Part shown: piece by piece, positions 11,838 through 20,372 of the stretch | How the letters are laid out: every line of letters starts with the position of its first letter | Numbering within the stretch: position 1 is the stretch's first letter | Assembly: GCA_964462075.1 (NCBI GenBank) | Contig: CAYWXN010000001.1 | Coordinates: 1 to 31,923, forward strand | DNA from: an uncultured Ruminiclostridium sp. | Lineage (GTDB): Bacteria > Bacillota > Clostridia > DSM-8532 | DNA: 31,923 bases | Direction: 5' to 3' | Program-made: the position numbers and the translations under genes | The notes under the pieces: model-generated | Seen by the model: the letters and a program-made list of their open reading frames with translations, nothing else | Told to the model about the DNA's origin: nothing | Databases searched by the model: none

Positions 11838-12413
11838 TCAATTTGCCACCTTTACCATTGAATGACGTATTACTACTTCATCTTTATAAATATAGCCTTT
11901 TTGAAATTCTTCTGTTATTATGTTGCATTCGAGAGTATCATCCTCGATATGCATAACAGCATGATGAAATTCCGGATCAAAGCACTTGCCAACTGCTTTA
12001 ATAGGCTTGACACCTAATTGACACAATGTGTCTACAGTTTGCTTATAAATTAGATTTACACCTTCCTGTAATCCCTGGCTTTCTTCCTTTTCAGCTGCCG
12101 TTACAGCCCTTTCGAAGTTATCCACTACCGGAAGAAATTTTCCTACTACATCGGCAACCGCATCGACATAAATTCTTTCTTTCTCTTTCTGAGTCCTTTT
12201 TCTGAAATTATCAAATTCCGCAGCCAACCGTTGCATTCTTTCTAATAATTCTTTTAACTCAGCATCTTTCTTTTCGACGACCTCATTAAGGTCGATGTCT
12301 TCATTTTGTTTATCCAAATCATCATCGTTTGGTGTAGGTGATTCAGTAATTATGTCAGCTTCTTCGTCCTCGATGATTATCTTTTTTGGGTCAACATCAT
12401 TGCTTTTAGTCAT
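11838..12413 (-). CDS. grpE: Nucleotide exchange factor GrpE
   Basis: RLAAEFDNFRKR, FLPVVDNFERA, FDPEFHHAV, QKGY..VIRHSMVKVAN. Confidence 0.97.
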   Translation of the reverse strand: MTKSNDVDPKKIIIEDEEADIITESPTPNDDDLDKQNEDIDLNEVVEKKDAELKELLERMQRLAAEFDNFRKRTQKEKERIYVDAVADVVGKFLPVVDNFERAVTAAEKEESQGLQEGVNLIYKQTVDTLCQLGVKPIKAVGKCFDPEFHHAVMHIEDDTLECNIITEEFQKGYIYKDEVVIRHSMVKVAN

Positions 12414-12435
12414 TTTCTACTTCCTTTCATATCTA

Positions 12436-13491
12436 TCAGGGGTCATCCCCAAACATTCGTATTATTTCTCTATTCAGAAGTTCCCTGATGTATTTTATTG
12501 AAGAAACCACCTTACCATAGGTCATACGTGTCGGCCCTATGACGCCGATGGTTCCAATATCCTTACCCTCTCTGCCATAGACAGTGGTAATTATACTCAG
12601 ATCCTTCATTTCATCAATTTCATTTTCACTGCCTATTTTAAAGTCAAACTGCTGCTTTTTTGATGACTCAATGACTAATTGGTTTATTATTTCTTTTTCC
12701 TTAAGAAGATCCAAAACCTCACGTGCTTTTATTAAATCATTAAACTCGGGGTAGTTTAATATATTAGTTATTCCGTCCAAATAAACATCCGAAGTAGCAA
12801 TTTTTCGTACGCAGTCTTCTATTGCTTCAAAAATCGGTATTATCGCTTCGGTAGGGATATTAAAGTCTTTTTGCAGTTCCTTTACCATAGGCATAGAAAC
12901 CTGATCTATAGTTTTCCCTGATATAATCATGTTAAAAGCCTGATTAAGCTTTGCAATATGATTGTTATCAATTTTTTTCTCGTGGTTTATAAGCCTATTG
13001 TGAACAATTCCGCCTCCCGCAACTATTACCACCAGTATTCTTCTTTCGTCAACACCTAAGAGCTGAACGGACTTTATTACTGTTCTTGAAAGCTGTGGGG
13101 TCATTACGAATGCAGTGTATCCTGTTATATGGGATATAATTGTACCGGCTCTTTTAATAAGCTGATTAATTTCTTCGATCTTTTCGTCCATAGCCTCTCT
13201 GATAATGACCATTTCATTCTTGGCAAGACTATGAATCTGCATTAAATTTTCTACATAGAATCTATATCCTTTATCAGAGGGTATCCTTCCGGCAGATGTA
13301 TGGGGTTGGGTGATAAAACCTAACTCCTCTAAGTCAGCCATTTCGTTGCGTATAGTTGCAGAGCCAAGGCCTAACTCGTGTTTTCTGGCAATAGTCCTGG
13401 AACCAACAGGCTGAGCCGATTGGATATAATCATCTATTATGGATTTCAATATACTACGTTTTCTCTCATTAAGCTCATTTTCCAAGACCAT
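12436..13491 (-). CDS. hrcA: Heat-inducible transcription repressor HrcA (start at ATG 13491, 351 aa)
   Basis: QPVGSRTIA, SATIRNEMADLEELG, PHTSAGRIPSDKGYRFYV, GVIGPTRMTY; GGAGGTG RBS before 13491. The ORF-track start falls inside the CIRCE operator. Confidence 0.97.
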   Translation of the reverse strand: MVLENELNERKRSILKSIIDDYIQSAQPVGSRTIARKHELGLGSATIRNEMADLEELGFITQPHTSAGRIPSDKGYRFYVENLMQIHSLAKNEMVIIREAMDEKIEEINQLIKRAGTIISHITGYTAFVMTPQLSRTVIKSVQLLGVDERRILVVIVAGGGIVHNRLINHEKKIDNNHIAKLNQAFNMIISGKTIDQVSMPMVKELQKDFNIPTEAIIPIFEAIEDCVRKIATSDVYLDGITNILNYPEFNDLIKAREVLDLLKEKEIINQLVIESSKKQQFDFKIGSENEIDEMKDLSIITTVYGREGKDIGTIGVIGPTRMTYGKVVSSIKYIRELLNREIIRMFGDDP

Positions 13492-13513
13492 TACCTTCAC
13501 CTCCGCTCTATTG

Positions 13514-13540
13514 TTAGCACTCTCTGTCATTGAGTGCTAA
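13514..13540. promoter_or_regulatory. CIRCE element (HrcA operator)
   Basis: Exact consensus TTAGCACTC-N9-GAGTGCTAA (ttagcactc tctgtcatt gagtgctaa) upstream of hrcA. Confidence 0.98.
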
Positions 13541-13544
13541 TATT

Positions 13545-13573
13545 AAAATATCATTCTAGTTTCTCTTTGTCAA
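13545..13573 (-). promoter_or_regulatory. Sigma-A promoter of the hrcA-dnaK operon
   Basis: TTGACA (13568-13573), 17-nt spacer, TGa-TATTTT (13545-13550), immediately upstream of CIRCE. Confidence 0.8.
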
Positions 13574-13625
13574 GTATTCGTGATTCATAATTGTAATAAG
13601 GTTACAGTAGAGCCTATAATAATGA

Positions 13626-13653
13626 AATACCCGTGTACGAATACACGGGTATT
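13626..13653 (-). terminator. Hairpin terminator after the CheA-like gene
   Basis: Perfect 12-bp stem aatacccgtgta / tacacgggtatt with a TTCG loop on the minus strand, 39 nt past the stop at 13693. Confidence 0.75.
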
Positions 13654-13692
13654 ATTTGTCATTAAAGTGCTCTAATATGTAATTTAATAAAA

Positions 13693-14961
13693 TTATCTCT
13701 GAATTATTATGGACATTCGAACCCCTTCACCATGCATATCATCGGTTTCCAGTCTACATTTCAAATAACTGAGCTTTTGCATATTTTCAATATATTTATT
13801 GTCTGATTTCAGTTCTTCCAAATCAGTAACAACATCACCGGTGATATCGATATGTACATAATTATTGTCTTCATATGCTACCACTTCAATACTGCCGATA
13901 CGTTTATTCTCTTCCTTCTTGCTATACACCTTCTCAAGAAGCAGCCAGATTAAATCACCAAGCGGAAGTGAAATCCTGTCCGCGATCTCCTTATCTACCT
14001 CAATATTCTCGCCCAGAGTAGAAAACATAACCTCAAGATGATTTTCCTCAATTACTGAACATACTAATCGCGTAAGCTTTTGGAATGCTTGCTGCAAGGT
14101 TACCATGCGCAATTCTTTCAGAATATTTCGGATATCGGTAATCAAGTGATAGGCTTTTGTGGACTCAATAGTCAATGCATCATTGCTGCCGAAACGAAGA
14201 ACAGCTTCATCTTTCACCGAATCATATAATGAACTGACATTTTGTATTATTTCGATTATTTGATCCAATCGCTCCAAAGGAATTCTCACATATTGGTCGG
14301 CAGAACTCGTATTGCGGACCTTCTGCATTCGGATTGCTTTTATAATGTCTGAGGCATCTACCTTTTTTTCTCTTAGTACGATTTCTCCAAACTTCATTTT
14401 ATTGTTGCTGCTATTTTGTTTTTTCAGAACGTCCTCAACTTCCGATTGGGCTAAGGCTCCCTCCTGGACCAAGATTTCTCCTATGCGGGATTCTCGTACC
14501 ATGGGCTGACGTACTTCAAGAAGAATATCATCCTTGCTGCTGGCAAGATTCATTAGATGTCTGATAACTTCCCCGTTAAATTTGTTGTCATCCATTATCT
14601 TAGGATTATTGTTTAGCTTTTTAATAAAGTTGATAGAATCCAGAATCAGATTTATTATGGTTTTTGATATTACAGGACAATATTTTCTTACTGCTTCAAG
14701 CAACTCTTCAGTAGCTACGGTTATTTTTGTACTGGCAGTATTATTAAGAAGTCCTGAAAGTCCTCTGATTGTGTGGAAGCTGCAATAAATAGAATTCAGG
14801 CATTCCTTATTACCGGGATCCATTTCTAAATTTACAAGTTCGAGCTCAATGTCATCCAGAATCTCCAGAATCTCTCCCAGAAAATCTTCCATATAACTAT
14901 TGCTGATTTCCGAAATCACGGGCACTGCTACAGCTATATCATTATCTTTCTTTTTTGCCAT
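13693..14961 (-). CDS. CheA-like protein: Hpt + tandem MshEN-like motif + dimerization domain + degenerate HATPase, no CheW domain
   Basis: Hpt SFH63TIRGLSG; RIGEILVQEGALAQSEVEDVLKKQ and KFGEIVLREKKVDASDIIKAIRMQ; YVRIPLERLDQ..LRMVTLQQAFQKLTRLV as in the CheA P3/P4 junction; AAAGGAGG RBS at 14969-14976. Confidence 0.8.
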   Translation of the reverse strand: MAKKKDNDIAVAVPVISEISNSYMEDFLGEILEILDDIELELVNLEMDPGNKECLNSIYCSFHTIRGLSGLLNNTASTKITVATEELLEAVRKYCPVISKTIINLILDSINFIKKLNNNPKIMDDNKFNGEVIRHLMNLASSKDDILLEVRQPMVRESRIGEILVQEGALAQSEVEDVLKKQNSSNNKMKFGEIVLREKKVDASDIIKAIRMQKVRNTSSADQYVRIPLERLDQIIEIIQNVSSLYDSVKDEAVLRFGSNDALTIESTKAYHLITDIRNILKELRMVTLQQAFQKLTRLVCSVIEENHLEVMFSTLGENIEVDKEIADRISLPLGDLIWLLLEKVYSKKEENKRIGSIEVVAYEDNNYVHIDITGDVVTDLEELKSDNKYIENMQKLSYLKCRLETDDMHGEGVRMSIIIQR

Positions 14962-15003
14962 GAAGATCCCTCCTTTATACCCCTTATTAAATATAATATT
15001 ATA

Positions 15004-16143
15004 TTATATTAATTCAACAATAATTGCATCGGCAATGTCCATTCCTTTTTTTGTTAATTTTATCACTGGCCCTTGCCGTTCAACGAGTTTTTGTGCTATA
15101 AACTTTTCAATCTTTCTACCATGCTTTCTCACTAAATCAATTTTAAAATCTTTTGAAAGCTTTGAGAGATCAATTCCCTCATTAAGTCGCAGCCCTAAAA
15201 AAATACTTTCTTCAAGTTCGTTTTCCTTCGAAAGATAACTATCCTCCGATAAAATCAGATTTCTTTTTTTAACACCTTCAATGTACCCCAAAACATCGGC
15301 TATATTGGCAAAACGTCTTCTATTGTAATGTGAATGTGCACCTGCACCAACTCCGAGGTATTCTCCTCTTCTCCAGTAATTCATATTATGTCGGCATCTT
15401 AAATGAGGTTTCGCAAAATTTGATATTTCATATTGATATAGTCCTGCTGCATTAAAGCTATCAACAGCATAATGATACATCTTCCTGTCAAGTTCATCCT
15501 CTGCCTCTTTGATAATGCCTTTTTTCTTCATATCACCGTAAACAGTACCATCCTCAATAATTAAGCTGTAACATGAAACATGAGCAAGGTCTAAGTCTAT
15601 AACCCATTTTATAGTATCTTGCCATTGTTCAAAAGTCTGATATGGAATACCAAATATAATATCGGCATTTAAATTTTCGAATTCATGTTTTTGTGCCAGT
15701 TTTAAAGAAAACAAAAAATCTTCGCAGGTATGAATTCTACCCAGTTCTTTTAGGATTTTATCCTGACGAGCTTGTAGGCCAATACTTAGACGGTTTACAC
15801 CGGAATCCTTATATACTATTAGCTTATCATCGGTTAGAGTGCCCGGATTGCATTCGATAGTGCATTCCCAATCCGTGGAAACCTTATAATATGAATAAAC
15901 GGTATCCAGTATTTTAGATATATACACAGCAGGAATCAGAGATGGCGTTCCGCCCCCTATAAAAACAGTCTCTACATGTGGGTTATTGAATTCTTCTGCC
16001 TTAAGTATAAGTTCAGAGACCAGAGCATCAATATATGCTTTCCAAAAGTCCTCCATCCCGGAATAGGACGGAAAATCGCAATAAAAGCACTTCTGCTTGC
16101 AAAAAGGGATATGAATATATAAACCGATTTGTTTTTGATCCAT
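15004..16143 (-). CDS. hemW: Radical SAM heme chaperone HemW (HemN-like)
   Basis: LYIHIPFCKQKCFYCDF (CxxxCxxC), FIGGGTPS, ECNPG, RLSIGLQ, YEISNFA, HNMNYW, GVGAGAHS; follows lepA. Confidence 0.95.
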   Translation of the reverse strand: MDQKQIGLYIHIPFCKQKCFYCDFPSYSGMEDFWKAYIDALVSELILKAEEFNNPHVETVFIGGGTPSLIPAVYISKILDTVYSYYKVSTDWECTIECNPGTLTDDKLIVYKDSGVNRLSIGLQARQDKILKELGRIHTCEDFLFSLKLAQKHEFENLNADIIFGIPYQTFEQWQDTIKWVIDLDLAHVSCYSLIIEDGTVYGDMKKKGIIKEAEDELDRKMYHYAVDSFNAAGLYQYEISNFAKPHLRCRHNMNYWRRGEYLGVGAGAHSHYNRRRFANIADVLGYIEGVKKRNLILSEDSYLSKENELEESIFLGLRLNEGIDLSKLSKDFKIDLVRKHGRKIEKFIAQKLVERQGPVIKLTKKGMDIADAIIVELI

Positions 16144-16167
16144 ATACTAATCCTTCATCTCAATATT

Positions 16168-17979
16168 TTACGTATCCAGCTTCAGGACGCTCATAAATGC
16201 CTCTTGCGGCACTTCTACGCTGCCGACCTGACGCATACGCTTCTTGCCTTCCTTCTGCTTTTCAAGCAGCTTTCTCTTTCTAGATATATCTCCTCCGTAG
16301 CACTTGGCGAGAACGTCTTTTCTAAAGGCTTTAACCGTTTCCCTCGCTATTATTTTGTTTCCTATACAGGCTTGTATCGGAATCTCAAACATTTGCCTTG
16401 GGATAGTTTCCTTTAATTTTTCGGCCATTCTTCTTCCTCTTGAATATGCCTTGTCGGCATGAATAATGAAGGTAAGTGCGTCGACTACCTCATTGTTCAT
16501 CTTAATATCCATCTTAACAAGGTTAGACTCCTTATAACCTTTAAGCTCATAATCTAATGATGCGTACCCTTTGGTGCGGGATTTCAATGCATCAAAGAAA
16601 TCATATATTATTTCATTAAGCGGCATCTCGTACTTCAACATGGCTCTGGTTGCTTCCAGATATTCCATACCCAGATATGTTCCCCTCCGTTCCTGACAAA
16701 GCTCCATTATATTGCCTACATATTCAGTAGGCGACATTATGGTAACATTCACTATAGGCTCTTCCATACTCTCGATTAATGTTATATCGGGCATATTGGT
16801 GGGGTTATCAAGTTCGATTATTTCTCCGTTGGTTTTTATTATTTTATAGATAACACTTGGTGCTGTCGTAATAAGATCGAGATTATATTCACGCTCCAAC
16901 CGCTCCTGAATAATCTCCATGTGAAGCAATCCAAGAAATCCGCAGCGGAAACCAAAGCCTAATGCTTTAGAAGTCTCAGGCTCAAACATTAATGACGCAT
17001 CATTTAGCTGAAGCTTTTCAAGAGAATCCCTAAGGTCACCATATTTAGAACCGTCGGCGGGATATATACCGCAGAACACCATGGGAACAGCCTTTTTGTA
17101 CCCAGGTAATGGCTCTTTAGCCGGATTTGATGCAATAGTTATAGTATCACCGACACGACAATCCTTAACATTTTTAATACTTCCACAGATAAAGCCTACC
17201 TCCCCGGCGAGAAGTGTTTCGCTGGGTATAAGTCCTCCGGGCCTTAAATAACCGATTTCTGTTATTAAAAATTCCTTTCCGGTGTGCATCATACGAATAA
17301 TATCACCCAGTATGGCTTTTCCTTCCATGACACGAACATATGCAACAACACCTTTGTAGGTATCATAGTAGGAATCAAAAACCAAGGCTCTTAAAGGATC
17401 GTCATCATCACCTGTCGGTGGAGGAATGGTCTCAACTATTTTTTCCAAAACACTATCGATATTTATTCCGTTTTTAGCTGATATTTGCGGAGCTCCTTGT
17501 GCTTCAATACCTATTACATCTTCTATTTCCTGAATTATCTCATCAGGTCTTGCACTGGGAAGATCTATCTTATTAATGACTGGCATTATCTCAAGGTTGT
17601 GTTCAAGAGCAAGGTATACATTGGCCAAAGTCTGGGCTTCTATTCCTTGTGAAGCATCAACCACCAACACTGCCCCTTCACAAGCCGCAATGCTTCTGGA
17701 AACCTCATAGTTAAAATCCACATGACCCGGTGTATCAATAAGATTTAGAATATATTCAATACCGTCAGATGCCTTATATACCATTCTTACTGCTTGCGCC
17801 TTAATGGTTATTCCGCGTTCGCGCTCAATATCCATATTGTCAAGAACCTGCTCATCCATTTCTCTTGAGGTAAGAGCACCGGTTTTTTCGAGCAGTCTGT
17901 CGGCTAAAGTCGATTTACCGTGGTCAATATGCGCTATTATGCAAAAATTACGTATTCTCTTCTGTCTTTCTAATCCCAT
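16168..17979 (-). CDS. lepA: Elongation factor 4 (start MGLERQK, 603 aa)
   Basis: [73 protein letters not shown]; GGAG RBS before ATG 17979. Confidence 0.98.
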   Translation of the reverse strand: MGLERQKRIRNFCIIAHIDHGKSTLADRLLEKTGALTSREMDEQVLDNMDIERERGITIKAQAVRMVYKASDGIEYILNLIDTPGHVDFNYEVSRSIAACEGAVLVVDASQGIEAQTLANVYLALEHNLEIMPVINKIDLPSARPDEIIQEIEDVIGIEAQGAPQISAKNGINIDSVLEKIVETIPPPTGDDDDPLRALVFDSYYDTYKGVVAYVRVMEGKAILGDIIRMMHTGKEFLITEIGYLRPGGLIPSETLLAGEVGFICGSIKNVKDCRVGDTITIASNPAKEPLPGYKKAVPMVFCGIYPADGSKYGDLRDSLEKLQLNDASLMFEPETSKALGFGFRCGFLGLLHMEIIQERLEREYNLDLITTAPSVIYKIIKTNGEIIELDNPTNMPDITLIESMEEPIVNVTIMSPTEYVGNIMELCQERRGTYLGMEYLEATRAMLKYEMPLNEIIYDFFDALKSRTKGYASLDYELKGYKESNLVKMDIKMNNEVVDALTFIIHADKAYSRGRRMAEKLKETIPRQMFEIPIQACIGNKIIARETVKAFRKDVLAKCYGGDISRKRKLLEKQKEGKKRMRQVGSVEVPQEAFMSVLKLDT

Positions 17980-18021
17980 ATTCACAAAACTCCAATAAGT
18001 GTATTGATTAATTAAATCATA

Positions 18022-18050
18022 ATTATACCATAAGCACTTTTCACGTACAA
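18022..18050 (-). promoter_or_regulatory. Probable sigma-A promoter of lepA-hemW
   Basis: TTGTAC, 17-nt spacer ending in TGG, TATAAT (extended -10). Confidence 0.6.
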
Positions 18051-18172
18051 TTGTAATGACATCACCCATTACCGAAATCAAAGAATTTTAGGTCTATATT
18101 TATTATGCAACATTTATAGGGTTTGTCAGTCATAAATATAAGCTAGGATGAAGCAGATCTATAAGGAGCAGT

Positions 18173-18991
18173 ATGGATTCCGACCTGATTTTGTCAATTT
18201 GTCTGGCAACACTTGCCGGTCTTTCAACCGGTATCGGAGGATTGGTCGCGGTACTGTTTAAAAGAACCAATACCAAGGTTTTATCCATAATGCTAGGCTT
18301 CTCAGCCGGTATTATGATTTATATTTCTTTCATCGAACTTTATCAGGAATCTCTGACAAATCTGTGCAATATACATGGTCCCGTCGGAGGAAAAATTCTT
18401 ACCGCTCTGGCATTTTTCTTTGGGATCACTCTTATGGCTTTAATAAATGAGTTTATACCCGAACCTAATCATCCCCATAGAGCAAGGAAAATTGAATCGG
18501 TACATAAAGCCAGCATCTACGACAGTAACAGGAATGCCGGCAAGCTTCTTAGAACCGGCATTTTCACTGCAATAGCGGTTACTCTTCATAATTTCCCCGA
18601 AGGTATCGCGTCCTATGTATCGACCATGAAAAGTTCGGCTCTGGGGGCATCAATTGCTTTAGCCATAGCAATTCATAATATACCTGAAGGAATCGCCGTA
18701 TCCATTCCTGTTTATTATGCCACCGGCAGCAGAAAAAAAGCCTTATTTGCTTCCCTTATTTCCGGTTTATCTGAGCCATTGGGCGCCATAATCGCCATGG
18801 CTGTTCTCGGACCGTTGATTACCGACACAATGTTCGGTATTATATTCGGTGCAGTTGCCGGAATAATGGTATATATCTCCCTTGACGAGCTATTGCCTAC
18901 ATCAAGAGAATACGGGGAACACAATCTTTCTATTCTGGGAATAATGTTAGGCATGGCACTTATGGCCATTAGCGTCATCTTTATTTTTTAA
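18173..18991 (+). CDS. zupT: ZIP-family metal transporter ZupT
   Basis: TLAGLSTGIGG, LGFSAGIMIYIS, AVTLHNFPEG, AIAIHNIPEGIAVSIP, SGLSEPLGA, DELLPTS; AAGGAG RBS. Confidence 0.92.
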   Translation: MDSDLILSICLATLAGLSTGIGGLVAVLFKRTNTKVLSIMLGFSAGIMIYISFIELYQESLTNLCNIHGPVGGKILTALAFFFGITLMALINEFIPEPNHPHRARKIESVHKASIYDSNRNAGKLLRTGIFTAIAVTLHNFPEGIASYVSTMKSSALGASIALAIAIHNIPEGIAVSIPVYYATGSRKKALFASLISGLSEPLGAIIAMAVLGPLITDTMFGIIFGAVAGIMVYISLDELLPTSREYGEHNLSILGIMLGMALMAISVIFIF

Positions 18992-19926
18992 ATCAGGCCT
19001 GAAAATGATAACAGCAATACCCAAGTAAACACCGTAATAATCGACAATAATGATGTCATTACTACTATTTCTCCCGCTAACTCGCCGTTTCCACCTAGCT
19101 CCTGTGCCATGGGAAAAGAAGATGATGCTACAGGCGCAGCAAACATTGCCATTAAAGTCGCTAATTCCATTCCCCTGAATCCCAGTAAAATAGCAATTGA
19201 TAAAAACGCTATGGGCACTATAATCAACTTTCCCGTACATGCCGTCAGAAGAGCTTTTTTATGGTGCTTCAGAGCTTGAATTTTAAATGTTCCTCCCAAG
19301 CACAATAAGGCAATCGGTGTTGCCAGTTTTGATACGCTCTCCACCTGACTAAGCAGTAGTTTAGGTATTTCCAGTTTGGTTAATAAAAAAAACAGCCCCA
19401 AAATCCCCGAGAAAACCATCGGAGATTTTAATACGTTAAATAACAAAGCTTTTTTATTATTCTTTTTATCTGAATACATCTCAAAAAGCAATACAGTTAC
19501 AACACTATAAAGAGGAACTATAAAAGCTGATAGCAGGGCTACCATGCCCATGTCGCCATTTGGATAAATTGCTTGTACTATACACATACCATAAATAATA
19601 AAGTTGCTGCGATATATCCCCTGCATTACAACAGGCTGATCCCATCTGTCTTTTATAATACGCGGTATTAGGAAATAGAGTACTAGGCACATCAAGAATA
19701 AAGATATGATTGCATAAATAATTAACTTAACATTCAAACTATTCGACAAATCGGATTTATAAATATTTATAAACAAAAGAGCCGGTATGAAAATATAAAA
19801 AGTCGCTCGGCTAAACATTTTAAATCCACTTTCGGCGACCAGTTTCAATTCTCTCATTAAATATCCAAGAGCCAGCATGAAAAAAATCGGAAAAATAACG
19901 TTAAATGACAAAATTAAATATTGCAT
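18988..19926 (-). CDS. AEC (auxin efflux carrier / malate permease) family transporter (probable start MQYLIL)
   Basis: About 10 hydrophobic segments; FYIFIPALLF, YRSNFIIYG, ATPIALLCLG, KLIIVP, AAPVASSSFPMAQELGGNGELA. Confidence 0.88.
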   Translation of the reverse strand: MQYLILSFNVIFPIFFMLALGYLMRELKLVAESGFKMFSRATFYIFIPALLFINIYKSDLSNSLNVKLIIYAIISLFLMCLVLYFLIPRIIKDRWDQPVVMQGIYRSNFIIYGMCIVQAIYPNGDMGMVALLSAFIVPLYSVVTVLLFEMYSDKKNNKKALLFNVLKSPMVFSGILGLFFLLTKLEIPKLLLSQVESVSKLATPIALLCLGGTFKIQALKHHKKALLTACTGKLIIVPIAFLSIAILLGFRGMELATLMAMFAAPVASSSFPMAQELGGNGELAGEIVVMTSLLSIITVFTWVLLLSFSGLI

Positions 19927-20115
19927 TGTATCTTGCCCCCCGGTAAACATTAGCTGATGATAATAGTGCTTAAATAAGCACTATTTTATTGTACCATATA
20001 AATGATTAAAGAAAAAACAATATCCAAACAAAATAGAGGCCGGTCATGGCTCTTTTTGGATAAGCCTTTTACCGCCTATAGAAAGCAAATCTTGTCTCAT
20101 AATTATAATGAAACA

Positions 20116-20133
20116 GGCCGGTTTTAACCGGCC
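20116..20133 (-). terminator. GC-rich hairpin after the small Cys protein
   Basis: ggccggtt / aaccggcc inverted repeat about 8 nt after the stop, followed by tgtttcatt on the minus strand; weak U-tract. Confidence 0.5.
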
Positions 20134-20140
20134 CATTGCA

Positions 20141-20302
20141 CTATTCTTGTTCAAAGCTCGCACATTCGGTATCGCTCTCAGTTGTTGCAGTTGTCGGTTT
20201 GTTTTTTGAAACCTGTATATTCTCCAGACTGCACATAGGTTCGCTTTTCGCATGGTATTTGCATTCTTTTACAGAACAGCCTATCGATCTGTTCGCCTTC
20301 AA
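20141..20302 (-). CDS. Small Cys-rich protein, DUF1540-like (53 aa, TTG start; absent from ORF track)
   Basis: Hand translation MKANRSIGCSVKECKYHAKSEPMCSLENIQVSKNKPTTATTESDTECASFEQE; C-x4-C-x2-H..C..I-x-V..T-x-C-x-S-F pattern; GGAGGTGA RBS shortly upstream of the TTG. Confidence 0.85.
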   Translation of the reverse strand: MKANRSIGCSVKECKYHAKSEPMCSLENIQVSKNKPTTATTESDTECASFEQE

Positions 20303-20321
20303 ATTAACTCACCTCCCAATA

Positions 20322-20351
20322 TAGTATTGGTTAGGTGGCCGGGTCTTATTC
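20322..20351 (-). promoter_or_regulatory. Possible forespore sigma-G-type promoter for the DUF1540-like gene
   Basis: GAATA, 18-nt spacer, AATACTA, resembling the Bacillus sigma-G consensus (GHATA-N17/18-CATACTA); short motif, could be chance. Confidence 0.4.
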
Positions 20352-20372
20352 TGCGTGCATTTTTCCAAATTG

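Noticed and set aside
14990-15005. 16-bp perfect palindrome aatataatattatatt
   Set aside because: A/T only in an AT-rich spacer; no support for operator function.
15023-15052. Possible sigma-28 promoter (AAAA-N15-GCCGATGC) in the hemW 3' end upstream of the CheA-like gene
   Set aside because: Poor -35 and -10 matches inside coding sequence; consistent with chance.
18082-18172. Metal-regulator (Zur/Fur/MntR) box upstream of zupT
   Set aside because: No convincing inverted repeat matching a consensus I can support.
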